Source of the DNA: a bacterium | GTDB lineage: Bacteria; Patescibacteriota; Patescibacteriia; JAGPKW01 | Assembly (NCBI GenBank): GCA_021780535.1 | Contig: JAJXYN010000009.1 | Coordinates: 5,631-69,630 of the forward strand | Direction: 5' to 3' | DNA: 64,000 bases | Shown: positions 51,310 through 60,801 of the stretch, piece after piece | Layout of the letters: the number at the start of each line of letters is the position of its first letter | How positions within the stretch are numbered: position 1 is the stretch's first letter | Translations under genes and position numbers: made by a program | The notes under the pieces: generated by a model | The model's input: the letters and a program-made list of their open reading frames with translations, nothing else | Told to the model about the DNA's origin: nothing | Database searches by the model: none

Positions 51310-52524
51310 ATGAGTAAAAAATTACCTGTCATATTATCATCTATGGCATTATTGGCTTCAACAACTTCTGTCCCATTTGTATTTGCTAGTACAAACTATA
51401 CTGATGGCTCATACTCTGCAGATGGATCATACAATAGCCCAAAAGGACTTGAAAACGTTAATTTATCAGTAAAATTATTAAGCAATAAAATAACTGATGC
51501 AACTTTTACAGCAAATGCTAGCAATGGAACAAGTCAATACTATGATGATTTGTTTATAAAAGGATTTAAAGATCAAGTTGTTGGTAAAAATATTGATGAG
51601 GTTAACTTAAGTGTTGTAAATGGTGCATCTCTAACACCAATTGGCTTTAATGATGCTTTATCAAAAATAAAACAACAAGCTTTAGTTGGAGGAGCTACTA
51701 CTACAAGCACAACAAGCACTAATACCTCTAATACGTCCACAGCCACTACAGTAGATACTAGTACTAACACTAGCACTAATACTAATACCGATATAAATAA
51801 AGAAGGAGAAGATGGCTCTGATAGTGAGGATAATAATAATAGAGAGAGTAATAGAGAAAGTGAGAAAAAACAAAAAGAGAGTAATAGAGAAAGTGAGAAA
51901 AAACAAAAAGAGAGTGACAAAGAGAATTTAAAACAAGAACAAGAACAAGAACAAAATAATGAACAAGAACAACAAGATAATGAAGATAAAAATATTACAT
52001 CTCAATTAAATAGTGTAAATAATTTTGATTATATTAAATCTATAAAAATACAAAACAATGATATTAATAAATATAGTGATGTTGTTACAGTATTGAATAG
52101 TTTTAAAGATGCTTTGACAAAAATAAAAGATGCTGCAAATGTACAAGCTACTGATACATCTACACTAACAGACACCGAAAAAGCTTTATTAAATAAATTA
52201 GTATCTCAAAATAAAAACAATTTTGATACTACAAGTAAAAACATAGATGAATTAAATTCTTATATTGACCAATATGTAACATTATTAACACCACTTGCTG
52301 ATGCTAATATATCAAAATATATAAAAGGATTTTTAATTTCTGAATTAAATAATATAAAAGATTCTATAAAATCTGAACAAGATTTGGTTAAAGAAGCTAT
52401 AAATTCTGTAATTTATACACCTATACCTTCTCCAGTAATCACAACTCCAACTAGTACAACAACTCCAACTAGTACAGCAACTCCAACTAGTACAGCAACT
52501 CCAACTAGTACAGCAACTAATTAA
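51310..52524 (+). CDS. Secreted FMN-binding (flavinylation-type) domain protein with low-complexity linkers
   Basis: Signal peptide; YTDGSYSADGSYNSP...VVNGASLT..GFNDAL. Confidence 0.8.
   Translation: MSKKLPVILSSMALLASTTSVPFVFASTNYTDGSYSADGSYNSPKGLENVNLSVKLLSNKITDATFTANASNGTSQYYDDLFIKGFKDQVVGKNIDEVNLSVVNGASLTPIGFNDALSKIKQQALVGGATTTSTTSTNTSNTSTATTVDTSTNTSTNTNTDINKEGEDGSDSEDNNNRESNRESEKKQKESNRESEKKQKESDKENLKQEQEQEQNNEQEQQDNEDKNITSQLNSVNNFDYIKSIKIQNNDINKYSDVVTVLNSFKDALTKIKDAANVQATDTSTLTDTEKALLNKLVSQNKNNFDTTSKNIDELNSYIDQYVTLLTPLADANISKYIKGFLISELNNIKDSIKSEQDLVKEAINSVIYTPIPSPVITTPTSTTTPTSTATPTSTATPTSTATN
51844..51915 (+). repeat. 33-bp coding tandem repeat (ESNRESEKKQK)
   Basis: GAGAGTAATAGAGAAAGTGAGAAAAAACAAAAA x2 plus a partial copy. 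Confidence 0.85.
52441..52518 (+). repeat. 18-bp coding tandem repeat ((A/T)TPTST)
   Basis: RCAACTCCAACTAGTACA about 4 copies. Confidence 0.85.
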
Positions 52525-52545
52525 TAAATAAGTACAAATAAATAT

Positions 52546-53016
52546 ATGAAAAAAATTTTAGCTACATTAATCATCCCAGCATTTCTATTTTCTTCATCTG
52601 CATTTGCACTTGGTAGTACTGCAAATACAAATAATACAACAACGCAAACAAAAACTGCAGTGAATGAAAAAGTTTTAAAAACAGAACTATTAAAACTTGG
52701 AAAAACTGGAGTAGTGATTAAAAAAGATATTAAAAAAGATTTGACAAATACTAAAACACAGAACATAAAGAACAAACAAAAGAAAAATATTATTGCAAAG
52801 CAACAAAAAGTTAAAGCAACAAAAAAAACCAGTAATGTAAAAGCTTCTACAAACACAAAGCAACAAAAAGTTAAAGCAACAAAGAAAACCAGTAATGTAA
52901 AAGCTTCTACAAACACAAAGCAACAAAAAGTTAAAGCAACAAAGAAAACCAGTAATGTAAAAGCTTCTACAAACAAATCTGTAAATAAAAAAATTACTCC
53001 TGTTATTAAAAAATAA
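52546..53016 (+). CDS. Secreted Lys-rich repeat protein
   Basis: Signal peptide ending AFA; KQQKVKATKKTSNVKASTNT x3. Confidence 0.75.
   Translation: MKKILATLIIPAFLFSSSAFALGSTANTNNTTTQTKTAVNEKVLKTELLKLGKTGVVIKKDIKKDLTNTKTQNIKNKQKKNIIAKQQKVKATKKTSNVKASTNTKQQKVKATKKTSNVKASTNTKQQKVKATKKTSNVKASTNKSVNKKITPVIKK
52797..52975 (+). repeat. 60-bp tandem repeat x3
   Basis: Lines 52801, 52861 and 52921 are near-identical. Confidence 0.95.
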
Positions 53017-53066
53017 TTTCATTAAAAAATAAAAATATCCATAATAGCTATGGATATTTTTTATTA

Positions 53067-54653
53067 CTAAATTTCTATTAAATAAGTTTCCCCGTCTGTG
53101 AAAAATTCATCTCCAGCAAGATTTTTCCCAAGTGTTGGTGATACAAATGGCTGTTTACTATATTTTTTTATAAGCCCAGAATTATTTAAATCATTAAATA
53201 AAAACTCTCTTTCTGTGTCTATATCTGGAGCTATCTTATGAGTAATACCCATTTTAACACCAACATCAAAACTTGCTGTTCCCATATATGCCATTTTACC
53301 ATCTATAATAATATTGGTTTTCCAAAATCTGGCATGATGCCTTTGTCTTGCTGTATTTTTTATTGTAGCTTTTTCAAATCCAAAGTCATGAACTTGTGTA
53401 TTCCAGAACGATGGAGTCATTGGCCCAGTTGAGTCTGGTTGATTTTTTAATGCAGCATCAGCAACTGTTAACAGTGACTTTATGTTAGGTTTTCTAGCTA
53501 ATTGCCAACCGGACTTATCAAATAAATTTAATAAATCATTGTCATTATTAGCTAATACAATGAAAGATATTGGCTCTTGAATTGATCCAGATAATTTTTC
53601 TGAATATTTTGGAATATTGTTATTATCAAATTCTTTATACAAGCCAGAATCTACATATTGAATATTAATATTATTTGCAAAAGATATGTGTGATAAATTT
53701 AATTTATGTTTAAATATTAGAGTAAACAACACCTCTAGTATTAAAAATGTTATATAAAAAATATGACATTTTTTAAAATTACACACTATTTTTTCTTTGT
53801 CTTCTTTAATAAAAAATATTTCTGTAATAGCTATTGATAAGAATAATGCAAACAATCCAAGTAAAAGACCACCCATTACATCACTTAAATAGTGGGCTCC
53901 TAGATATATTCTACTAAAACCAACTATTAATGCTAATATTATAGTAAAAAATATAATTATAATTTTATTTTTTATTTTTTCTATATTTCTAATTAAAAAA
54001 TATGCTATAAATCCATAGAATGCTATTACTATAGTAGAATGTCCACTTGGAAATGAAAAACCGTGTTCTACGTAAACACCCACGTCTGGTCTTGGTCTTT
54101 CAAATATATTTTTTATAATATAATCAGAAACTGAAGCAAAACCTATTGATACAAAAAATGGGATTATATAATTTTTCTTTTTATTTACAACTAAAAATCC
54201 TAGGAACAATGAAACAGCAATAATAATCATTTTAGGATCTGCAAAATTTGTAATAAAAGTGAATAATTTTATCATTTCACTATCTCTAAGAAAGAAAAAC
54301 AAATTTTTTACTCTAATATCAAACTGAAACATTAATTCTTTATGTATGTAGTTATTTCCTATTGATACAAAATAAATAGCTGAAATAATTAATACGGCTA
54401 AAATAAATGTTAATCTAAGACCATATACATTTTTTAAATCAAATCTTGCTTTTATAAAATCTCTAATTTTATAATGCTTGTCAAAAAAAGCTTTTATATG
54501 TTTATTGTTTATTATCGTATTAAAAATGGCTTTAATTACATCTTTTAGAAGAATATAAAATTCATATAAAAAGTTTTTTATTTTTTTTCTAAAAACTATA
54601 AGTAAAACAATTAATGCAACCACGGAAACCAATATAATTAAAAATTTCTCCAT
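53067..54653 (-). CDS. PAP2 phosphatase fused to LssY C-terminal domain
   Basis: KNIFERPRP, SFPSGH, SRIYLGAHYLSDV; QEPIS, RHHARFW, THKIAPDIDTER. Confidence 0.9.
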   Translation of the reverse strand: MEKFLIILVSVVALIVLLIVFRKKIKNFLYEFYILLKDVIKAIFNTIINNKHIKAFFDKHYKIRDFIKARFDLKNVYGLRLTFILAVLIISAIYFVSIGNNYIHKELMFQFDIRVKNLFFFLRDSEMIKLFTFITNFADPKMIIIAVSLFLGFLVVNKKKNYIIPFFVSIGFASVSDYIIKNIFERPRPDVGVYVEHGFSFPSGHSTIVIAFYGFIAYFLIRNIEKIKNKIIIIFFTIILALIVGFSRIYLGAHYLSDVMGGLLLGLFALFLSIAITEIFFIKEDKEKIVCNFKKCHIFYITFLILEVLFTLIFKHKLNLSHISFANNINIQYVDSGLYKEFDNNNIPKYSEKLSGSIQEPISFIVLANNDNDLLNLFDKSGWQLARKPNIKSLLTVADAALKNQPDSTGPMTPSFWNTQVHDFGFEKATIKNTARQRHHARFWKTNIIIDGKMAYMGTASFDVGVKMGITHKIAPDIDTEREFLFNDLNNSGLIKKYSKQPFVSPTLGKNLAGDEFFTDGETYLIEI

Positions 54654-54714
54654 ATTATCTGCTTATTTTTATTAATCTCTACATTTTATACTATTTTAAA
54701 AAGAAAACAATATC

Positions 54715-55293
54715 TTATTGTTTTCTTTTTTTTAATTCTTCTAATACATCTTGAATTCCAATATTTTTTTTTGTTGAAAATTGAACAATCTTATGTTCAC
54801 CTATTAACTTAGCATTATTCTCTAATTTATTTTTATATTCTGATTTTTTTATCTTATCAATCTTATTAGCAATAATTACAATATCTTTTCCATATTCTTC
54901 TAACTTGTGTATCATGTTTATATCATCTTTAGTTGGGCCTATTTCGGCATCAATAATCAAAAAGACCTTTTTTTGTTCATAGTCTGATACAAAAAAATAC
55001 CAATTAATAAGTTCTTTAATTCTGTTTCTAACTTTTTCTGGAGCTTTAGCATACCCATAACCAGGCAAATCAATAAGATAAAAAGAATTATTTATTAAAA
55101 ATAAGTTTATTTGTTGTGTTCTACCGGGAAAAGAGCTTGTAATAGCTAAGTTTTTTTTACCAGTTAAAGAATTTATAATACTTGACTTGCCAACATTGGA
55201 ACGACCAATAAAAGCAAACTGAGTTTTGTTCCCTTCTAAGGCTTCATCTTGCTCTGTTATTCCTTTTATAAATTCTGCTGTATTAATTTTCAT
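54715..55293 (-). CDS. engB: GTP-binding protein EngB/YihA/YsxC
   Basis: GRSNVGKSS, PGRTQQIN, DLPGYGYA, NKID. Confidence 0.96.
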   Translation of the reverse strand: MKINTAEFIKGITEQDEALEGNKTQFAFIGRSNVGKSSIINSLTGKKNLAITSSFPGRTQQINLFLINNSFYLIDLPGYGYAKAPEKVRNRIKELINWYFFVSDYEQKKVFLIIDAEIGPTKDDINMIHKLEEYGKDIVIIANKIDKIKKSEYKNKLENNAKLIGEHKIVQFSTKKNIGIQDVLEELKKRKQ

Positions 55294-55432
55294 AATATAT
55301 AAAAATAGTGATTTTTATTATTTTTATATCATAGCACAAGAATTGTAAATATTATAGCAAATTATTTTATTGACTATGCTTTTCATTAATGTTAATATTT
55401 TCATCATCACTTATCTTAATCAGGAGGGCTAC

Positions 55433-55885
55433 ATGAAACATGGTTTTAAGTACACAAAAATTGGTGACATGGAAATTATGAATAATGTTACCATAACAGA
55501 CCCTTTTATTACTATTTCTGCATGGTATGATAAAAATGGTAATAGAATTGGTCTTGGAGAATTAAGTTTAAAAGATTTAAAATTAATTTCAGAAAATTTA
55601 AAATATGATGAATTATTTATTATTGTTAATATAGACGACTCGTTCTGGTGTTTCATATCAGGGAAAAAACCCGAGAGAAACCTCGATCTCGATGAAAATG
55701 TTTCAAAAGATTTTTTGTATAATAATTCTATAATTATAATTGCAAAAAATAAAATGTATATCGTGGATTATTTAAATAGAGAAAACGCAACCACTAATAT
55801 ATATATCAGAAAAGGCTTTGTTGTTAATAAAAATTTCTACGATTTTAAAATATTGCCCGCAAACAGCCTTCCAAACTTGTTTTAA
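55433..55885 (+). CDS. Orphan hypothetical protein
   Basis: AGGAGG at 55422-55427 before ATG 55433; TTGACT-17-TAATAT promoter upstream. Confidence 0.7.
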   Translation: MKHGFKYTKIGDMEIMNNVTITDPFITISAWYDKNGNRIGLGELSLKDLKLISENLKYDELFIIVNIDDSFWCFISGKKPERNLDLDENVSKDFLYNNSIIIIAKNKMYIVDYLNRENATTNIYIRKGFVVNKNFYDFKILPANSLPNLF

Positions 55886-55984
55886 AGATAAATCAGTATT
55901 TTGTCTTACTATTTAGTAAGAAATAAGCACCCTTGGGTGCTTTATTTATTTCTATATTAGATATAAAATACAAAAAAACATAAA

Positions 55985-56989
55985 ATGAAAAAACTAAAAA
56001 TATTTATAATTTTCTTAATTATTCTTATATTACTTATACCAATATTTTTAAGTAATAATGTTTTTTATTTTAATGAAGTGAAAAATATTGAAAAACAAAA
56101 AGAAATCAATATGATATTTTTTGGTGATATTATGCTTGGAAGAAATATTGAAACTTTATCAAAAGATAATAATAATTATCCATTTTTAAAAATTGATAAA
56201 AATTTAACTTCAAATAAAGATATTGTTTATGCTAATTTAGAAGGACCAATTATGGAACCGCATTATAAAACCAAAAATGGTTCAACTGTTTTTTCATTTC
56301 CTGAATACTCTATAAATGTTTTAAAAGATAATAAATTTAATCTATTATCACTTGCTAATAATCACATGCAAGATTATGGATTTAATGGATACAATCAAAC
56401 TCAAAATTTTTTAAAAAATAATAATATAAATTATCTTGGTGATTATTACAATAAAGATAATTTATATATCAAAAAAAATATAAAAGGAAAAGAATTTGTG
56501 TTTTTTGGAATAAACATGATTAATAAAAATTTTGAAAAAAATTTAGATGAAAATAAAAAATATGTTTTAGAAGAAATCACAAAAATTAAAAAAGAAAACC
56601 CTAATTCATTTGTTATTCTATTTATCCATTGGGGCAATGAATACAAAATTAAGTCCAATACAATCCAACAAACATTTGCACACAAATTGATAGATGATGG
56701 AGTTGATTTGATAATCGGTAGTCACCCTCACGTAGTTGAAGAATATGAAATTTATAAAAATAAATATGTATTTTATTCTTTAGGAAATTTTGTTTTTGAT
56801 CAATATTTTTCAACAGAAACTCAAGAAATGATTAGTGTTAAATTAAATATTACATGTAATGAAGAAAAAGATTGTAAAAATAATTTTGAAATTATACCGA
56901 TAAAAAGTATTAATAGTCAACCAGAAATTATTATAGACGAAAAAGAAAAAAAAGCATTTCTGAACAAATATAATTTGAATATAAACTAA
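55985..56989 (+). CDS. CapA family metallophosphatase-like protein
   Basis: GDIMLGR, NLEG, LANNHMQDYG, HWGNEY, GSHPHV, YSLGNF. Confidence 0.93.
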   Translation: MKKLKIFIIFLIILILLIPIFLSNNVFYFNEVKNIEKQKEINMIFFGDIMLGRNIETLSKDNNNYPFLKIDKNLTSNKDIVYANLEGPIMEPHYKTKNGSTVFSFPEYSINVLKDNKFNLLSLANNHMQDYGFNGYNQTQNFLKNNNINYLGDYYNKDNLYIKKNIKGKEFVFFGINMINKNFEKNLDENKKYVLEEITKIKKENPNSFVILFIHWGNEYKIKSNTIQQTFAHKLIDDGVDLIIGSHPHVVEEYEIYKNKYVFYSLGNFVFDQYFSTETQEMISVKLNITCNEEKDCKNNFEIIPIKSINSQPEIIIDEKEKKAFLNKYNLNIN

Positions 56990-57039
56990 TTGTGCTATAA
57001 TTAAAATATATTTAATATCTAAGTTTTAATAATAAAAAT

Positions 57040-57429
57040 ATGACTCAATTAAATCAAGTTTATAGATGTGCTATTTGTGGCAACATAATAGAAGTTGTTC
57101 ACGCAGCTGGCGGTGAATTAGTTTGCTGTGGACACGTAATGGAATTGCAAGAAGAAAAAACCGAACATCAAGAATTCTCTACAGAAAAACATATTCCTCA
57201 AATAGAGAAAACTGAAAATGGTTACAAAATAAAAATAGGATCTATCGCACACCCAATGGAAGATGCTCATTATATAGAGTTTGTAGAAATATTTACAAAA
57301 GATGGAAAAGTAGGAAAAAAATTTTTAAAACCAGGCGATTTACCAGAAGTTGAATTTAATACAAAATCTGAAATTATACTTGTAAGAGAATATTGCAATA
57401 TTCATGGATTATGGATTAAAAAAATATAA
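57040..57429 (+). CDS. dfx: Desulfoferrodoxin (2Fe superoxide reductase)
   Basis: CAICGN...CCG, EKHIP, HPM...HYI, YCNIHGLW. Confidence 0.95.
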   Translation: MTQLNQVYRCAICGNIIEVVHAAGGELVCCGHVMELQEEKTEHQEFSTEKHIPQIEKTENGYKIKIGSIAHPMEDAHYIEFVEIFTKDGKVGKKFLKPGDLPEVEFNTKSEIILVREYCNIHGLWIKKI

Positions 57430-57458
57430 TTTGGTTCGACAAAAAATAATTTTAATTT

Positions 57459-58145
57459 ATGCAAAAAAAAGAAATTATAGTTTTCTCTATAGGTGGATCT
57501 TTAATTGTTCCAAATAAAATTGATACTAACTTTTTAAAAAATTTTAGAAAACTAATCCTAAAATTAATAAATAATAATAAAAAAATTATTATTATTGCTG
57601 GTGGTGGCAAAACTGCTAGAGATTATATGAACGCAGCTAGTTCCATTATTAAGATAAAAGAAAATGATAAAGATTGGCTTGGTATTCATGCAACTAGACT
57701 TAATGCCCACCTTCTTAAAACTATCTTTTTTAAAGAAGCTCATGCTAATGTTATAAAAAATCCAAATTCTAAAATTAATTTTGAAGAAGATATTTTAATA
57801 GCCTCTGGATGGGAACCTGGATGTTCTACTGATTATGATGCTGTACTAATTGCGAAAAATTTAGGTGCTAAAAAATTAGTAAATCTTTCTAATATTGATT
57901 ACGTTTATAATAAAGATCCTAATAGATTTAAGGATGCTAAAAAAATAAAAGAAATAAATTGGAAAGAGTTTAGAAAATTATTACCAAAAAAATGGTCTCC
58001 TGGATTAAATTCCCCGTTTGATCCTGTTGCTGCTAAAGAATCTGAAAAAATAAATTTAGAAGTTGCAATATTAAATGGTAAAAAAATGAAAAATTTAGAA
58101 AATTATTTAGAAAATAGAAAATTTAATGGAACTATTATAAAATAA
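57459..58145 (+). CDS. pyrH: UMP kinase, archaeal type
   Basis: SIGGSL, GGGKTARDY, DWLGIHATRLNA, PGCSTD, DPNRFKDA. Confidence 0.9.
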   Translation: MQKKEIIVFSIGGSLIVPNKIDTNFLKNFRKLILKLINNNKKIIIIAGGGKTARDYMNAASSIIKIKENDKDWLGIHATRLNAHLLKTIFFKEAHANVIKNPNSKINFEEDILIASGWEPGCSTDYDAVLIAKNLGAKKLVNLSNIDYVYNKDPNRFKDAKKIKEINWKEFRKLLPKKWSPGLNSPFDPVAAKESEKINLEVAILNGKKMKNLENYLENRKFNGTIIK

Positions 58146-58178
58146 AAAGAATTGGATCTAGGCCAATTCTTTTTATTT
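58143..58178. terminator. Bidirectional terminator
   Basis: AAAAAGAATTGG...CCAATTCTTTTT. Confidence 0.75.
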
Positions 58179-58316
58179 TTAAAGAAACAATCTTATTACT
58201 GATAAATTTTTTAGATATAATAAACAAAATGAGATCATCGTAAATCAGAGAGACTATTATTTCTTTTAAAGATGTTGTAGAATTGTACTAGAAAATGGTT
58301 TATTTTGATTTAGTTA

Positions 58317-58419
58317 AGTAAAATTTAAATAATAATATTTTTTCCGCCATATTCCGCACCAATTTTGATATCAAAGGAGCTTCATAAGGACTACAAAAAT
58401 ATTATTATTTAAATTTACT
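58317..58419 (-). ncRNA. Hairpin element copy 2 (candidate structured RNA)
   Basis: ~25-bp inverted arms, same core as 10767-10866; TGgTAATAT -10-like element just upstream on the minus strand. Confidence 0.5.
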
Positions 58420-58467
58420 AAAAAATATATTACCAAAAAACACTATTTAGCTATTAATATAATAACT

Positions 58468-59454
58468 ATGAAAAAAAGAATATTTTCTGGTATTCAGCCT
58501 TCTGGCAATCTTCATATCGGTAATTATCTTGGCTCTATTTATAACTGGGTTAATCTTCAAAATGATTTTGATTGTCTTTTTTGTATTGTTAATTTACATG
58601 CTATAACAGTTAACCAAGATCCTAAAACTTTAAGAGACAAGACCAAAGAAATAGCCGCTATTTATTTGGCGTGTGGAATCGACCCAGTTAAATCTCATAT
58701 TTTCATTCAATCAGATGTTAAAGAACATGCGGAACTTATGTGGCTTCTTAATACTCAAGCTTATTTTGGAGAACTTTCCCGCATGACTCAATTTAAAGAC
58801 AAGAGTGATAAATTTAAAAATGAAAATATTCCTCTTGGTATTTTTAATTACCCTATTTTAATGGCTGCTGATATCTTACTTTACAATACTGAGCTTGTAC
58901 CTGTTGGTGAAGACCAAAAACAACACGTTGAATTAACTAGAGATTTAGCTAAAAGATTTAATAATAAATTTGGCGAAACTTTTAAAGAACCTGAGCCTTA
59001 TATATTAAAAGATGGAGCAAAAATTATGGGACTTGATAATCCTGATAAAAAAATGAGTAAATCTGCAGAATCTGCATACAACTATATTTCTTTAATTGAT
59101 TCTGATGATGATATTATTAGAAAGATTAAGAAAGCGGCTACCGATTCTGAAAATGGTATTAAATTTGATAAGAACAGAAAGGGCTTGCATAATCTTTTAA
59201 CTATTTACAAAATGTTCTCTTTGAAATCTGAAAAGGAAATTGAAAAAGAATTTGAAAATAAAGGATATGGCGATTTTAAAAAAGCTTTAGCTGAAGAAAT
59301 TATTGAAAATATTTCTCCAATTAGAGAAAAGATTAAAGAAATATTAAAGGAAAAAAAATATCTTGATAAAATTTTAGAAGATGGTGCTAATTATGCTAGG
59401 AATATTGCTGAGAAAAAAATTATAGAAGTTAAAAAGAAAATGGGAATAATATAA
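58468..59454 (+). CDS. trpS: Tryptophan--tRNA ligase
   Basis: SGIQPSGNLHIGNY, GEDQKQH, KMSKS. Confidence 0.97.
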   Translation: MKKRIFSGIQPSGNLHIGNYLGSIYNWVNLQNDFDCLFCIVNLHAITVNQDPKTLRDKTKEIAAIYLACGIDPVKSHIFIQSDVKEHAELMWLLNTQAYFGELSRMTQFKDKSDKFKNENIPLGIFNYPILMAADILLYNTELVPVGEDQKQHVELTRDLAKRFNNKFGETFKEPEPYILKDGAKIMGLDNPDKKMSKSAESAYNYISLIDSDDDIIRKIKKAATDSENGIKFDKNRKGLHNLLTIYKMFSLKSEKEIEKEFENKGYGDFKKALAEEIIENISPIREKIKEILKEKKYLDKILEDGANYARNIAEKKIIEVKKKMGII

Positions 59455-59483
59455 AAAATAGCAGATTTTAATGATCTGCTATT

Positions 59484-60290
59484 TTATTTTTTTAATATTG
59501 AAATTATATTTCTTGCTTCTAAAATATTTTTATCATCAGTAAGTTTGTTTTCTAAAATTTCAAAACTGTTTTTTACAAATAGATTTCTAAGCTCTATTTT
59601 ATTAAATGCATAATAATATCTTTTTGAAAGTAATTCCCCTTTACTATTTTTCCATGGTATAAAGGTGTCTTTTAGATTGAAACTAAAGTTATCCAACCAA
59701 TTAAATTTTTCTTTTTTTATATCGCTAATTGATCTCTGATTTATATTTTTATATTTATTAACATCAAACAAATACTTTATGTATTTTAATTGAAACAAAT
59801 TCCAACTTGTCATCATAAGTAACCCTTCTTTTTTTAATACTCTGTAAATATTTTTTAACCCTTTGTTTCTTGTTTCTTTTGATGGTAAATGATGAAATAT
59901 TGCTATACAAAAAACTATATCAAATTCTTCTTCTTTAAAATTTGATAAATTTAAAATATCACCCATTTCAAAATGAATTGAATTTTTTTTATTAACGCGA
60001 TTTGCTTCTGTATTTTTCAATGCTTCATTTATCTGGCCTTCTGAGTTGTCTATTCCTTTATACTCATAATTTATGCCTAGCAATTTTAAAAAATTTATTA
60101 ATCTACCATTACCACAACCTATATCTAAAACTTTTAATTTGTAATTTTTTGGTTTTAAAAATAAATATTCAAGAATATATTTTTTAAATAAATCAAATTC
60201 TCTCCAATCATTCTGACGAGTTACATTAAAATTTGAAGATATTATATTATAATCATTTTTTACTTTTTCGAGTATTTCTTTTTCTTTCAT
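59484..60290 (-). CDS. Class I SAM methyltransferase, Trm9/ALKBH8-like
   Basis: YNIISSNFNVTR..W, LDIGCGNGR, IAIFHH, DTFIPW, RYYYAF...EL. Confidence 0.75.
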   Translation of the reverse strand: MKEKEILEKVKNDYNIISSNFNVTRQNDWREFDLFKKYILEYLFLKPKNYKLKVLDIGCGNGRLINFLKLLGINYEYKGIDNSEGQINEALKNTEANRVNKKNSIHFEMGDILNLSNFKEEEFDIVFCIAIFHHLPSKETRNKGLKNIYRVLKKEGLLMMTSWNLFQLKYIKYLFDVNKYKNINQRSISDIKKEKFNWLDNFSFNLKDTFIPWKNSKGELLSKRYYYAFNKIELRNLFVKNSFEILENKLTDDKNILEARNIISILKK

Positions 60291-60424
60291 GTTATTTTAA
60301 TATTTCTTCTTTTATATTTTTTTATATTAATTCTATACCAGAACAATTATATACAAAAACTCAAATAAACACTACTTGATTTTTTATATTTTTTATGATA
60401 TTTATTATTATAAGGAGTTTACAG

Positions 60425-60718
60425 ATGACTAAGCATGAGCTAAGGTTTCCCAACCCCGACAACGAGAACGACGTCTATACTGTTGAATGCGACGAACAAC
60501 TGTTCGACAGAATGATGCTCGGGCTAGAGTATTCCCCACTAAATACTGGGGGATTTGGATTTTTTGCCTCATTTACTACTCACTTCTCAAAATATAACGA
60601 GAATGAGGATCTCTATTGGATGGAAGTATCCCTAAAACGAGAAGTGGATTTCCAACCCGGAGAGCTGGAAGTATTTCTCCAAATGCTTCTCCATACTGGA
60701 TGGAGAATCGTAAACTAA
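60425..60718 (+). CDS. Orphan acidic hypothetical protein
   Basis: AAGGAG before ATG 60425; visibly higher GC; terminator GACCGC...GCGGTCTTTTTT. Confidence 0.7.
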   Translation: MTKHELRFPNPDNENDVYTVECDEQLFDRMMLGLEYSPLNTGGFGFFASFTTHFSKYNENEDLYWMEVSLKREVDFQPGELEVFLQMLLHTGWRIVN

Positions 60719-60801
60719 GTCATTGTCATATATGACCGCGAAACAAAGCGGTCTTTTTTATTCTCTTTCATTTTTGATTTTATTTTGTTATTATTTACTC
60801 T

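Noticed and set aside
52797-52975. CRISPR-like periodicity
   Set aside because: These are head-to-tail in-frame coding repeats without spacers.
58180-58467. T-box riboswitch upstream of trpS
   Set aside because: An AGAGA-like word is present, but I found no GGTGGNACC T-box or terminator/antiterminator on the plus strand.
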